A DNA stretch of 26,952 bases from Fusobacteriota bacterium (GCA_051746725.1 JBNJFI010000013.1:4735-31686), one strand, 5' to 3'. Positions 1-9,961 are shown, numbered from the stretch's first letter. Notes: a model not told the origin generated them from the sequence alone. Translations and numbers: made by a program.

Positions 1-223
1 TTGTTATTTCATTATTTTTTATGGTAATACTTAATTTATTCTTCCATCTTCCTTTCTCATATTCCCCTGTATATTTTCCATCTTTAATAGAAGCAAGCTT
101 TATAGAGTTAATTTTCAGATTCTTCCCTTCATCTAATCCTCTTTTTAGATAAAAAATTCCAGAAAATGAGATTAATAAGAAAATTATAAAAGCACCAGCT
201 AAAATTTTAATAAGAGTTTTCAT
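1..223 (-). CDS. Membrane-anchored FMN-binding-domain protein (partial, runs off window start; not in the ORF track)
   Basis: ATG at 223-221 overlaps the TAA of the upstream gene (TAATG), with AAGGAGA RBS upstream. My translation: MKTLIKILAGAFIIFLLISFSGIFYLKRGLDEGKNLKINSIKLASIKDGKYTGEYEKGRWKNKLSITIKNNEIT..., an N-terminal TM helix followed by DGxYxGxY, typical of FMN_bind-family starts. Confidence 0.7.
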   Translation of the reverse strand, partial: MKTLIKILAGAFIIFLLISFSGIFYLKRGLDEGKNLKINSIKLASIKDGKYTGEYEKGRWKNKLSITIKNNEIT

Positions 224-1071
224 TATTTATCTCCTTTTTTGACATTATATTTTAACTCTGAGATATATCCATCGAAGTAAACAAAATCTTGATCTTTTAA
301 ATTCCAAATACCTTGTATTCTAGATGGAGTCTTTATTCCATTTAAATTTTTATATTCTAAAAATTTAGCAGTCCAAGGATTCTTTTTTGCTTTACCATCT
401 CCTTGGTCCATATATCTATCTTCTGTATAAAATTTAGTTATTTTTCCATCATCATTTATAGTTAAAATACCACTTACCGTTAATCCTCTATGGGTCATTA
501 TAATTTTAACATTATTTTTATCTATAGTTTCAAAATTTATATAATCCTTAAAAAAAGCTGATGGGATAATGGGAGTTTCTGACAAAAAAGTTACAAGTGC
601 TGATTGTTTCATATTTGAATCTTTTACATCAAACAAAGGTATAAATTTAAGAAGTTTACCTGTCATTGCTCCTTGTCCATTTTGATATTTATCTCTACCT
701 TCAAAAGGAATTAATCCCATAATTCTAGAATGAAGATACACGATTCTAGAGGGGTTATCTACAAAATTATATTGAATGCTAGTTAATTTCATAGGAGACT
801 GTTTTTCAAGACCTCTTTTAAAGTCCACATCTTCGAAAACTATCTTAGCATTTGCCATTTTTTTTCTTCCGACAAATCCTGAATAACTAAGATATCTTTT
901 AATGGGATCTGGTAAAGTCGAAATTTCGTTTTGGGTAAAAATATCATTAGATATTCTGGTATTATTAAATTCAGAATTAATTTCATTCAAAAAAGTTGAT
1001 TTTATAGTCCGGGAATAAGAAATAAAAGAAACGGGTATAAATAAAATCAAGGTAAAAACAATTAATTTCAT
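223..1071 (-). CDS. Conserved hypothetical exported/membrane-anchored protein, DUF6544-like
   Basis: 282-aa ORF with hydrophobic N-terminus; motifs LPDPIKRYL, GRDKY..G.G.M, RY......PW, P......W recalled for DUF6544-type proteins; tightly coupled to its neighbours. Confidence 0.6.
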   Translation of the reverse strand: MKLIVFTLILFIPVSFISYSRTIKSTFLNEINSEFNNTRISNDIFTQNEISTLPDPIKRYLSYSGFVGRKKMANAKIVFEDVDFKRGLEKQSPMKLTSIQYNFVDNPSRIVYLHSRIMGLIPFEGRDKYQNGQGAMTGKLLKFIPLFDVKDSNMKQSALVTFLSETPIIPSAFFKDYINFETIDKNNVKIIMTHRGLTVSGILTINDDGKITKFYTEDRYMDQGDGKAKKNPWTAKFLEYKNLNGIKTPSRIQGIWNLKDQDFVYFDGYISELKYNVKKGDK

Positions 1072-1072
1072 A

Positions 1073-1555
1073 TTAGTTAACCTCCATTATATTTTGAGAA
1101 AATTTTTCAATATTCTTATACTTTATATTATAAGTACTTTTTTGTATGTTTGCCATTTTTTTTACTATGAATTTAAAGAAAAAATTCATTTTTTTAAAAT
1201 TATATCCATATCCAAAATATTCCTTTTTAAAGGCGTGATCTAAAAGATCTTTATCAAAAGAATTATTGAATTGAGTATTTAGTTCTTTTTCATTACCACA
1301 ACATAAAAATAAAGCTAATTTTTTATCTAATAATTGTGATTTATTTTTAATACTAAAATTAGATATACTTTTTTGGATTTTTCCGCCATATATTGATCCA
1401 CCTACAATAATTAGGTCATAATCTTCAAGATTAATATTTTTTTTGTAATTGGTTAGATTAATTATATCAGTATTACTAGGAAGTTGTTTTTTCAAAAAAG
1501 ATGCAGCTTTTTCAGTTGTGCCATATTTAGTGGCATAAAGTATGATTATTTTCAT
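1073..1555 (-). CDS. Flavodoxin-domain protein (Flavodoxin_5/HemG-like)
   Basis: N-terminal YATKYGTTEKAA FMN-phosphate loop, YDLIIVGGSIYGG and LALFLCC; AGGAGG RBS at ~1561-1566. Confidence 0.85.
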   Translation of the reverse strand: MKIIILYATKYGTTEKAASFLKKQLPSNTDIINLTNYKKNINLEDYDLIIVGGSIYGGKIQKSISNFSIKNKSQLLDKKLALFLCCGNEKELNTQFNNSFDKDLLDHAFKKEYFGYGYNFKKMNFFFKFIVKKMANIQKSTYNIKYKNIEKFSQNIMEVN

Positions 1556-1633
1556 TAAATCCTCCTTTTTAAAGTTTTAAAAACTATAACATGAACCTTA
1601 TTTATTTTATGAACGACATTCAAACACAGTAAT

Positions 1634-1662
1634 ATAATACTCTTTATTTTTATATTTGTCAA
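1634..1662 (-). promoter_or_regulatory. Sigma70-type promoter of the flavodoxin operon
   Basis: Minus strand TTGACA (1662-1657), 17 bp, TATTAT (1639-1634). Confidence 0.6.
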
Positions 1663-1694
1663 GTAAAAAAATATTTATAACAAATATTTATAAC

Positions 1695-1745
1695 AAAAAA
1701 TCTAAAAAGAAGAGATACTTAAAATCTCTTCTTTTTAGATTTTTT
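1695..1745 (-). terminator. Rho-independent terminator after the Nif11-like gene
   Basis: TCTAAAAAGAAGAGAT / ATCTCTTCTTTTTAGA perfect inverted repeat with A and T tracts on both sides, immediately after the stop at 1744. Confidence 0.8.
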
Positions 1746-2154
1746 AACTATACCATTTTTCTAATTTTTTTATGATATGAGTATGTATTTTTGGATCAAC
1801 TTTTTCTTGAAGTTTTTTATCAATTACAGAAGCGATAACTCCATTTCCACTTCCAATGACTGCTCCTCCAGATCCGATAACTGCTCCTCCTGCACCTACT
1901 GCAGATAATGCAGTGGTTCCAACTAATCCAGAAGGTGGATTATCAAGGTAATCATTTAAATCGCTTTCGTTTAGATTTTTTAATTCTTCAACAAGCTCCT
2001 TCGAAGATTCTTCTATTTCTTTTATGGTCATTTCTATTCCTGCTTCAGAAGCTGTTAGTTTTAAATCATTGGATGACTCACAGTTGAAAATTCTCTTAGC
2101 TAATTCTTCACTCTTTTCTGCTTTTTTGAATAACTTTTTCATTTTTTTGTCCAT
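1744..2154 (-). CDS. Nif11-like leader domain protein, possible RiPP/bacteriocin precursor
   Basis: FKKAEKSEELAKRI...S..DL...A.EAGIEMT..EI resembles the Nif11 leader consensus; followed by Gly-rich GGAVIGS repeats. AGGAGG RBS, own promoter and terminator. Confidence 0.55.
   Translation of the reverse strand: MDKKMKKLFKKAEKSEELAKRIFNCESSNDLKLTASEAGIEMTIKEIEESSKELVEELKNLNESDLNDYLDNPPSGLVGTTALSAVGAGGAVIGSGGAVIGSGNGVIASVIDKKLQEKVDPKIHTHIIKKLEKWYS
1828..1890 (-). repeat. Three degenerate 21-bp tandem units encoding GGAVIGS-GGAVIGS-GNGVIAS
   Basis: Units at 1870-1890, 1849-1869 and 1828-1848; the first two differ only at synonymous positions. Confidence 0.8.
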
Positions 2155-2234
2155 TATTACCCTCCTTTAGTTTAATTAAAATAAGTGAAATAAAATCCAT
2201 ACCATTTTTTTATACTTTTTTCATTCCTATATTA

Positions 2235-2263
2235 ATTCTAGCATTTTATTTTTTGATTATCAA
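2235..2263 (-). promoter_or_regulatory. Sigma70-type promoter (extended -10) of the Nif11-like gene
   Basis: Minus strand TTGATA (2263-2258), 17 bp ending in TGC, TAGAAT (2240-2235). Confidence 0.55.
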
Positions 2264-2538
2264 GTTTAATTTTCACATTTGTAAATCTCGAATTTAAATG
2301 TACGCCTATCTATTTCTAATAATTTCAGTTAAGCTGATTTTAATTTTTCATTGGAGATTTTATTTGCTGTTTCTCGAATATAAAATATTCTTCAATTAAC
2401 CATCTCCTTAATTTTTTGGTTATGTTTGTAGTTAAATAAACTAAAAATGAATACCTTTTGTTATTGAATTTATATGGAAAAAAAGATTAACAATATAATA
2501 TGCCAAAAAAATAGGTAAACTTAAAAAAATAATATTCA

Positions 2539-2567
2539 TTGACAAGGAGAAGTACACATGGTAAAAT
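2539..2567 (+). promoter_or_regulatory. Sigma70-type promoter (extended -10) of the ferredoxin gene
   Basis: TTGACA (2539-2544), 17 bp ending in TGG, TAAAAT (2562-2567). Confidence 0.7.
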
Positions 2568-2606
2568 AGATTATCATATAATAATGTTTTAATATGGAGG
2601 TGTAAA

Positions 2607-2834
2607 GTGACACAAGTAGCAAAAGTCAAAAAAGGTTTATGTGATTCTTCTCCAGCGTGTCCTGCTAGAAGAGTTTGTCCTGTAGATGCGATATCTCAAG
2701 ATAAGAGTACTGCAAAGGGACTTATGGCTATGTTAGGTGGAGGATTAGCTTATGTAGATGAAAAATTATGTACTGGATGTGGAAAATGTATAGATTATTG
2801 CCCTATGGGAGCAATAGAGATGGTTAAAAAATGA
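2607..2834 (+). CDS. Small 4Fe-4S (probably dicluster) ferredoxin
   Basis: Canonical CTGCGKCIDYCP (CxxCxxCxxxCP) plus variant CDSSPACPARRVCP; GTG start with GGAGG RBS. Confidence 0.9.
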   Translation: MTQVAKVKKGLCDSSPACPARRVCPVDAISQDKSTAKGLMAMLGGGLAYVDEKLCTGCGKCIDYCPMGAIEMVKK

Positions 2835-2865
2835 ATCTGGAGTTTATCTCCAGGTTCATTTTTTT
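2831..2865 (+). terminator. Rho-independent terminator after the ferredoxin
   Basis: ATGAATCTGGAG / CTCCAGGTTCAT hairpin followed by a T run. Confidence 0.8.
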
Positions 2866-2989
2866 ATATATAAAGTTAAATTAGAATAATGAAGAATTAA
2901 AAATTGAAAATAAATTATTATAAATGAGTATTATTTAGGTTTTAAAAGAGTAAAAATAAACAATAATGAGCAAAAAACAAACAAAATAC

Positions 2990-3018
2990 TTGTAAAAAGA
3001 ACAAATACATGGTATAAT
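2990..3018 (+). promoter_or_regulatory. Sigma70-type promoter (extended -10) of the first amylase
   Basis: TTGTAA (2990-2995), 17 bp ending in TGG, TATAAT (3013-3018); AGGAGG RBS before 3074. Confidence 0.7.
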
Positions 3019-3073
3019 TTTATAATATATTGGTATAATAAGAATTGATAAAAGAAAAAAATAGGAGGGGAAA

Positions 3074-6000
3074 ATGTCAAAAAAAGGTATTTTATTATTG
3101 ATGGGGTTTATGTTAGTTATATTTACAGGTTGTTTGGGGCAAAATGATGAATTGGAAACGGAATATGGAGATGAAGGGTATGGAGTTAAGTTAGAGAGAG
3201 TGGAAGAAGAGGTTCTGTCTGTTAAAAATATAAATGAATTAGATGGGATAGTTTTGGAAGTTAATGATGTGTTGGAAAATGAAGAAAAAATTAATTCGGA
3301 TTACACTTTTTTTATTAAACGTCTGAAAAATTCAACTAAAATAGTATTAACTGGAGAAAAAATAAGTAAAGGTGTTGAGATATTAAGGATTGATGGATTG
3401 AAAAAAGCTTTGGAAATCCAAGTTTTAGAAGAAGAAAAGTTAGGCGAAGATCAAAAGATATCAAAAAGAGTAGAAATAGAGAATAAATTATTAGGCGATT
3501 TTAATGGGGATGATGTTGTAGATGTTGAAGATTTGAGTATGTTTTCTAGCGTTTATGGTGGCTCGTATAATGTTAGTTACGATATTTATCCATCTCAAAA
3601 AGGTTCGGGAGACTGGGGAGAAATTTATTCGACTATTAACCCTGATTCTAAAATAGATTTACATGATTTTATAATATTTGGGAGAAATTTTAACAAAAAA
3701 GTACCTAGTGTAAAAGTAGTAGAAAGATATGAAGTGACAGGAGAAACCCGAGTTAAAGAAGGGGCAGAGCTTAGTTTGGTGGCTACTGCGTATTACTCTG
3801 ATGGTTCGTCAAGTGAAGCTGGATCCATTTGGAGTTCTTCGGATGAGTTGGTGGCGACGGTTCGTTATGACTTTGGGACAGTTACTGGAAGAAGTTCTGG
3901 ATTTGCTACTATTGAAGCGACTCATAGTGAAAGTGGCCTTAAAGATAGTGTTGAAATAGAGGTTATCAAAAAAGAGGAAGAAAGTGGTATAAATATTTAT
4001 TATAAATCAAGTGGAATTCCGGATGTATGGATTTGGGAAGCCAATGATGGGTATGCTATATCAGAAGAAATGGGATATACTTGGACAGGGCGTCCTGAAA
4101 TGGAAAGGGTTCAAGATACTATAGATTGGTATGTTTATAATATCCCTGAAAATATCATAGCTTCTAAACCTGGGACTGTTCATGAAGGGGAAGAAATTAC
4201 TCTTCTTACTGAAGACTTACATATTATGTTTAATGGTTCAGGTGAAGTTGTAACTGAAGCCATTGATAGGTGGTATGATGGTGAAAATTGGTATTTAGAA
4301 AATCCTGATGATCCAATGGCTCCGTTAATAGAAATAAACCCTCGCGGTGGAGAAATAAGGGGAGATGGAACTGTCAATGTTGATATTATGGGACCAGATT
4401 TAACTGATGTGAGTATTCAAATTAATGGAGAATTGATAAGTCAATCTCCAAATTATAGCTTTCAAGTAAGTGAAGTTTTGGAAAATGGACAAACAGGGGA
4501 GTTGACGGTAACTGCTTCTAATCCTCAAGGTACGGAAAATACTGTTAAAACTTATATAAGAAATGATGATTTAACATTAGATTTTACTTGGGATAATGCA
4601 ACAGTTTACTTTGTAATGACGGATAGATTTAATGATGGAGATTCCACTAATAATAATTCATATGGCAGGCCGCAATTAGATGCTTGGGGCAATGATGTTG
4701 GAACTTTTCATGGAGGAGACTTAGCCGGGTTAACTGAAAAATTAAATGAAGGATATTTTGAAAAATTAGGAGTAAATGCGATTTGGATAACTGCGGCATA
4801 TGAACAGATACATGGATGGGTAGGTGGAGGAGCTGATGGAGATTTTGCTCATTATGCTTATCATGGTTACTATCCTCTTGATTGGACGATGGTTGACAAA
4901 AATATGGGGACAGTAGAAGACATGAGAAATTTTGTGGATACTGCTCATAGTCAAGGGGTACGAGTTGTTATGGACATAGTTATGAATCATGCTGGTTATC
5001 ATACAGTTAAAGATATGGATGAATTTGGATTTGGTTCTTTGGAAGGGATAGATGGTAGTTGGACTCCTTCTTCTAGTCAAACTTGGCATGATGCTCCTGA
5101 TTATATGACTGGTGGGAGTGAAAGTGATTGGGCGAAATGGTGGGGACCTGAATGGGTTTATGCTAGAATTTCAGAAGATCTTGAAATGCCGGGATATGAA
5201 ATTAATGGTGATGTTAGGATGTTGTATGGCCTTCCAGATTTAAAAGTTGGGCTTGATGATACATCTTCTGTAGGTGTTCCGACAATATTAGATAATAAAT
5301 GGGATCAATCTGGAACAAACAATACTGAATGGGTTGTGCCTGCTGCAGAAGAATATAGACAAAATTTAGATGCTTCTCCTGCTGAATATTTAACTAATTG
5401 GATATCATCTTGGGTAAGAGAATTTGGTATTGATGGATTTAGAATAGATACAGCTAAACATATACCTGCTGATCGTTGGAAAGAATTATATTTGAAATCT
5501 AATGATGCTCTTTGGGAATGGAGGAACGATAATCCTAATAAAGAAAGTTCTTCTTGGAGAGATGATTTTTGGATGACTGGTGAAGATTGGGGACACGGTA
5601 TAGGAAAAAGTCATTATCCAGATTATGGATTTTCTTCGATGATAAACTTTAATTTTCAAGGGCAAGGCGGTGGAGGACCTGCATATAGTTCGCCATCTGA
5701 GATGGAAGGGACTTATTCTGTTTATGCTGATACATTGAATAGTGATCCTGAATGGAACGTTTTAAGTTATATATCGCAACATGACACTGAATTATATGAT
5801 AGATCTAATCTCGTAGATGGAGGTACTAATTTATTATTACTTCCAGGAGGAGTTCAAATTTTCTATGGGGATGAAATTGGAAGAGTTGCAGGTAATGGTT
5901 TATCTGATGGAACTCAAGGAAATAGATCTTCTATGGATTGGAATAATATAGATCAAATAGTTTTAGATCATTGGCAGAAAGTGGGGCAGTTTAGAAGAGA

Positions 6001-6262
6001 CAATGTAGCGGTTGGTGCTGGAGATCATAATATTTTAAATTCAGAACCATATACTTTTAGTAGGGTTTTCAATAGAGATGGCTTTCAAAATAAAGTTGTC
6101 GTGGCTATATCTGATGGATTAACAGAAATAGATGTAAGTGGAGTGTTTTTAGATGGAGCTTCATTGCGGAATGCTTATAATGATGAAGTTGATATTGTTG
6201 AAGGTGGCATCGTGGAATTTACAGGAGAAAATGGAGTAATACTTATAGAAAAAATTAAATAA
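3074..6262 (+). CDS. Lipoprotein GH13 alpha-amylase, MalS-like (probably GH13_19), with dockerin-like, Big_2 and CBM26-like modules
   Basis: Lipobox FTGC; dockerin-like 3488-3697; MalS-type NATVYFVMTDRF and EQIHGWVGGG..GDFAHYAYHGYY; GH13 regions DIVMNH, GFRIDTAKH, WMTGEDW, YISQHD. Confidence 0.9.
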   Translation: MSKKGILLLMGFMLVIFTGCLGQNDELETEYGDEGYGVKLERVEEEVLSVKNINELDGIVLEVNDVLENEEKINSDYTFFIKRLKNSTKIVLTGEKISKGVEILRIDGLKKALEIQVLEEEKLGEDQKISKRVEIENKLLGDFNGDDVVDVEDLSMFSSVYGGSYNVSYDIYPSQKGSGDWGEIYSTINPDSKIDLHDFIIFGRNFNKKVPSVKVVERYEVTGETRVKEGAELSLVATAYYSDGSSSEAGSIWSSSDELVATVRYDFGTVTGRSSGFATIEATHSESGLKDSVEIEVIKKEEESGINIYYKSSGIPDVWIWEANDGYAISEEMGYTWTGRPEMERVQDTIDWYVYNIPENIIASKPGTVHEGEEITLLTEDLHIMFNGSGEVVTEAIDRWYDGENWYLENPDDPMAPLIEINPRGGEIRGDGTVNVDIMGPDLTDVSIQINGELISQSPNYSFQVSEVLENGQTGELTVTASNPQGTENTVKTYIRNDDLTLDFTWDNATVYFVMTDRFNDGDSTNNNSYGRPQLDAWGNDVGTFHGGDLAGLTEKLNEGYFEKLGVNAIWITAAYEQIHGWVGGGADGDFAHYAYHGYYPLDWTMVDKNMGTVEDMRNFVDTAHSQGVRVVMDIVMNHAGYHTVKDMDEFGFGSLEGIDGSWTPSSSQTWHDAPDYMTGGSESDWAKWWGPEWVYARISEDLEMPGYEINGDVRMLYGLPDLKVGLDDTSSVGVPTILDNKWDQSGTNNTEWVVPAAEEYRQNLDASPAEYLTNWISSWVREFGIDGFRIDTAKHIPADRWKELYLKSNDALWEWRNDNPNKESSSWRDDFWMTGEDWGHGIGKSHYPDYGFSSMINFNFQGQGGGGPAYSSPSEMEGTYSVYADTLNSDPEWNVLSYISQHDTELYDRSNLVDGGTNLLLLPGGVQIFYGDEIGRVAGNGLSDGTQGNRSSMDWNNIDQIVLDHWQKVGQFRRDNVAVGAGDHNILNSEPYTFSRVFNRDGFQNKVVVAISDGLTEIDVSGVFLDGASLRNAYNDEVDIVEGGIVEFTGENGVILIEKIK

Positions 6263-6273
6263 AAAATAATTTT

Positions 6274-6306
6274 AGACCCTTAGAGTTCGGATCTAAGGGT
6301 CTTTTT
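6274..6306 (+). terminator. Rho-independent terminator after amylase 1
   Basis: AGACCCTTAGA / TCTAAGGGTCT 11-bp stem followed by TTTT. Confidence 0.8.
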
Positions 6307-6610
6307 ATAATTAGATTTCAAAATATTAAAGTTTATCAAAAAAAGAACAAATAAGAATAGAGAGGGCATTCCTGTTAGGTGTGGAGTAGTTTTTTAAAAT
6401 CTACCTGGTCTAAAATAAGTTTTTAGGTGCTCAGATATTTATTAAGAGAGAAGGTGGTGAGGTTGCTCGCGATGAAGGATGGGAAGTTACAGCTTTTGGT
6501 ATAAATTTTAATGTTATTGGAATAGTTGTACCAGGTTCGTATTGATGAGAAGGTACATAAACAGTGTTATATAAGAATTAAGTTAGATATTAGAAAGAGA
6601 GGGATTGGTT

Positions 6611-9600
6611 ATGAGAAAAATAAAAGTTACACTATTTTTAGTTTTTATATTAACTCTATTTATGACTGGGTGTTTTGATGAAGAGGTGGATAAAAATTAT
6701 ATAAAGAGTACTTATAAAAATGGATGGACTAAATTTACTGCAAATAAAGATTTACATGGATTGGAGATTTCTTTTTCAGAAGGTAATATAGGGGAAGTTG
6801 ATTCTGGTGATAATTATAAAATAGTAAAAGCGAATAGAATTTTTATAGTTTCTAAAGAAAAGTTGGAAGCTGGCGACCAAATCTTTAAGATAAAGGGAAG
6901 GTATACAGAGTATATGTTAGGAGATATTGTTGAAGATTTAGATGGAAATATTGTTCAAAAAAGGTCCGGTGAAAGACTTTTAGGAGATTTTAATAATGAT
7001 AAAGAGGTAGAGCTTATAGATTTAAATCTATTTTCTGAAATTTTTGGTTCTGTTAGTGGTGATATAGGATATAGTAGTGAATATGATATGTTTCCAGCTC
7101 AGAAAGGGACAGGTGACTGGAGTAATATATATTCGTATTCGGATCCTGATGGGGTAGTAGATCTATTGGATTTTGTGATATTTGCAAAAAATTATGGAGA
7201 AGTTGCTCCAGATGAAGAGGTATATGTGACTTCTATAGAGATATCTGGAGAAAATGAATTAAATGTTGGGGGTAATATAAGCTTAGAAGCTACTGTGATA
7301 TATAGTAATGGAGATAGTTCAGTAGAATCAGTAACTTGGACAAGTGCAAATACTGATTATGCTACAGTGGATGGTTTAGGAACTGTAACAGGATTAAAAG
7401 TTGGAACAGCAACTATAAAAGCTCAAAAAGGTAATGAGTATTCAGAACATATAGTTACAATAAGTGATATAAATAGTTTTGATGGAATAAAAGTTTATGC
7501 AAAGGACTATAGTTATGTTTATTCTTGGGGAACTGCGAGTAGTCAATATGAAAAAGTAGTAAATGAGTTGATAGACCAAGGTGATGGTTGGAAATATTTT
7601 GAATTTGATATGGAAACAGCTGTAAACTTAGTATTTAGACCGAATGGTGGAGATGATTGGTCTGGTAAGACGAATGATCTATCAAGAGAGGGTAAGGGAG
7701 AGTATTGGTATTATAACGGAGAGTGGTATAACTTGAACCCTGAAAAAGACACAACAGCTCCAGAGTTGTCTGTATTGCCGGCTCCAGATAAAACGGTTGA
7801 CTTGAATAGTACAACCTATGATATCTATTATGAAGGTAACCCAGGGATAGTAAGTTTAAATATAATAGATAATAGTGATGATACTCCAGTAGGTTATTAT
7901 ACAATAGATGGGACAACTCCTTCTGGTAGTAGTACTAAATATCAAGGGGAGGATATTCAAATATCTGAAAATTTAGAATTAGAAGTTTATCTAATAGATG
8001 CTGATGGAAATAATGAGATATACAGTTATACTTTTTTGCTAAACAAAGATGTAACTGATCCAGTTATAGAATCAACTTTGGAAGCGGGAACATATGAAAG
8101 TTCTAAAGTTGTTCAATTTAATATAACCGATAATGAGGATAGCGATCCAAATATCTATTATACAGTAAATGGAACTGAACCAATTGAGGAGTTAAACTAC
8201 CTTTATACTGGACAGGAGATCTCTTTGGAAGAGGGTAAAACTAGAATAAATATTTTAGGGGTTGACGCTTCTGGAAACACAACAATAAAGGAGTTTGTAT
8301 ATTATATAGGTGATGTAAATGTTCCACGGGATTTCCGAGAAGAGACAGTATACTTTATGATGACGGATAGGTTTGCTGATGGTGATTCAACGAATAATAA
8401 TATTTGGGGAGATGAATACTTGCCAAATGGAGAAGAGGATAAATATAATACAAACTCAAGTAAAACAGGACCTTTATCATATTACCATGGCGGTGATTTT
8501 AAAGGGATAATAAATAATCTGGACTACCTTCAAGAGCTTGGATTTACTGCAATATGGATAACGCCGGTGGTGAAACAACCAGAAGGGAGACATATTTATG
8601 ATCCTAATGATACCATAACTGGAAATGGTGGTGATTATTATTCTGCGTCAGCATTTCACGGATATTGGGGATATGATTTCGATCAAATAGATCCACATTT
8701 ACATTCATCGGGGAAAGATGATGATGGTTGGGGAGACTTTGATGCACTGGTAGATGCTCTTCATGCGAGGGATATGAAATTAATGCTTGACATAGTTGTG
8801 AATCACGGACATCCAAATGCTGTTTCTCAAGAAGCTAAAATATTTGAAAAACGACAAGAGATAATAATGGATGGACAAACATGGATATGGGAGACGCAAG
8901 ATCCGTATTATACAGGAGAAGAGGGTAGCCCTGATGGGTTCTTTAGTTATGCAAGCACAAAAGGAACTTGGTTAATTGATTTACTAGATTTTAATGAAAA
9001 TGGAACAAACAATGCAAGAGAACATCTCTATAATGTGTACAAAAAGTTCATTGATCATGGGGTGGATGCATTTAGAATTGATACTGTTGCTTATATGAGT
9101 GCAGGTTTTTGGAAAGATTTTACAGAAGAGATGGATGCACATGCAAGAAGCCTTGGTAATGATAATTTTTATATGTGCGGAGAGGCTTGGACTGGAGATA
9201 GAACAGCAGCCCTTGATTTGATTTATAAAAATGGCGAAAATAAAACTTTTCATATGTTGGATCTTCACGGTTCTTCAATGGATTTCCCTGGTTGGATGGG
9301 AGCAGTATTCAAGGGAGAGAGAGGATTTGAAAACGAGAATAGTTGGCAGAGAATAGCTGGTAGTCAAGGAGATGCGTCTGGAAAATATGATCCGACATAT
9401 CTTGCAACTTTTGTTGATAATCATGATGTAACTAGAGCGAATGGTATAATGGGTAAAGAGCAGTATATGAATAATCTAACTTATATTTACCTGTTTAGAG
9501 GAATACCAGTGGTGTTTTACGGAACAGAACTCTTGTACTCTTCGTGGCCGCACTATATTACAACTACAGAAAAAGAAGATGTTGTAGCAAGGTGGATGTT

Positions 9601-9961
9601 AGGGTCGGAGGGAATTAATTATGTAAAAAATAATCAACCAGATTTAGCAAAGCACCTTAAAATGCTAAATCACTTAAGACGCTCTTCGGAAGCTTTGCAA
9701 AAAGGGCAACAAATAGATATAGTTATGGAAGGCGATCAGGCAATATTTAAAAGAGATGCAGGTTCAGCGATAGCGTATGTGGCAATGACAAAAGGTGCTG
9801 GATATTCATATGAATTTACAGGAATACCTTCTGGAACTTATAGAAAAGTTACTCCAGATAGCGCTAATGGAACTTATTCAGAGGAGTTGGTAGATATCTC
9901 TTCTGGAAGTTATAGTGTGGATGTTTCTGATAATTCATTTATTGTATTAGAGGAACAGTAA
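6611..9961 (+). CDS. Lipoprotein GH13 alpha-amylase-family enzyme with dockerin-like, Big_2, CBM26-like and two Fn3-associated/CHB_HEX_C-like modules
   Basis: ATG 6611 fits RBS spacing better than TTG 6605; lipobox MTGC; dockerin-like 6977-7198; YYTIDGTTP and YYTVNGTEP; REETVYFMMTDRF, DIVVNH, AFRIDTVAY, MCGEAW, FVDNHD. Confidence 0.9.
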   Translation: MRKIKVTLFLVFILTLFMTGCFDEEVDKNYIKSTYKNGWTKFTANKDLHGLEISFSEGNIGEVDSGDNYKIVKANRIFIVSKEKLEAGDQIFKIKGRYTEYMLGDIVEDLDGNIVQKRSGERLLGDFNNDKEVELIDLNLFSEIFGSVSGDIGYSSEYDMFPAQKGTGDWSNIYSYSDPDGVVDLLDFVIFAKNYGEVAPDEEVYVTSIEISGENELNVGGNISLEATVIYSNGDSSVESVTWTSANTDYATVDGLGTVTGLKVGTATIKAQKGNEYSEHIVTISDINSFDGIKVYAKDYSYVYSWGTASSQYEKVVNELIDQGDGWKYFEFDMETAVNLVFRPNGGDDWSGKTNDLSREGKGEYWYYNGEWYNLNPEKDTTAPELSVLPAPDKTVDLNSTTYDIYYEGNPGIVSLNIIDNSDDTPVGYYTIDGTTPSGSSTKYQGEDIQISENLELEVYLIDADGNNEIYSYTFLLNKDVTDPVIESTLEAGTYESSKVVQFNITDNEDSDPNIYYTVNGTEPIEELNYLYTGQEISLEEGKTRINILGVDASGNTTIKEFVYYIGDVNVPRDFREETVYFMMTDRFADGDSTNNNIWGDEYLPNGEEDKYNTNSSKTGPLSYYHGGDFKGIINNLDYLQELGFTAIWITPVVKQPEGRHIYDPNDTITGNGGDYYSASAFHGYWGYDFDQIDPHLHSSGKDDDGWGDFDALVDALHARDMKLMLDIVVNHGHPNAVSQEAKIFEKRQEIIMDGQTWIWETQDPYYTGEEGSPDGFFSYASTKGTWLIDLLDFNENGTNNAREHLYNVYKKFIDHGVDAFRIDTVAYMSAGFWKDFTEEMDAHARSLGNDNFYMCGEAWTGDRTAALDLIYKNGENKTFHMLDLHGSSMDFPGWMGAVFKGERGFENENSWQRIAGSQGDASGKYDPTYLATFVDNHDVTRANGIMGKEQYMNNLTYIYLFRGIPVVFYGTELLYSSWPHYITTTEKEDVVARWMLGSEGINYVKNNQPDLAKHLKMLNHLRRSSEALQKGQQIDIVMEGDQAIFKRDAGSAIAYVAMTKGAGYSYEFTGIPSGTYRKVTPDSANGTYSEELVDISSGSYSVDVSDNSFIVLEEQ

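Noticed and set aside
2270..2410. AAGGAG RBS-like site on the minus strand at ~2404-2409 suggesting a small gene
   Set aside because: Downstream frames stop within about a dozen codons; possibly a decayed gene, but nothing is identifiable.
2441..2629. 62-aa minus-strand ORF
   Set aside because: Overlaps the ferredoxin start and promoter; composition reflects AT-rich intergenic DNA; no RBS.
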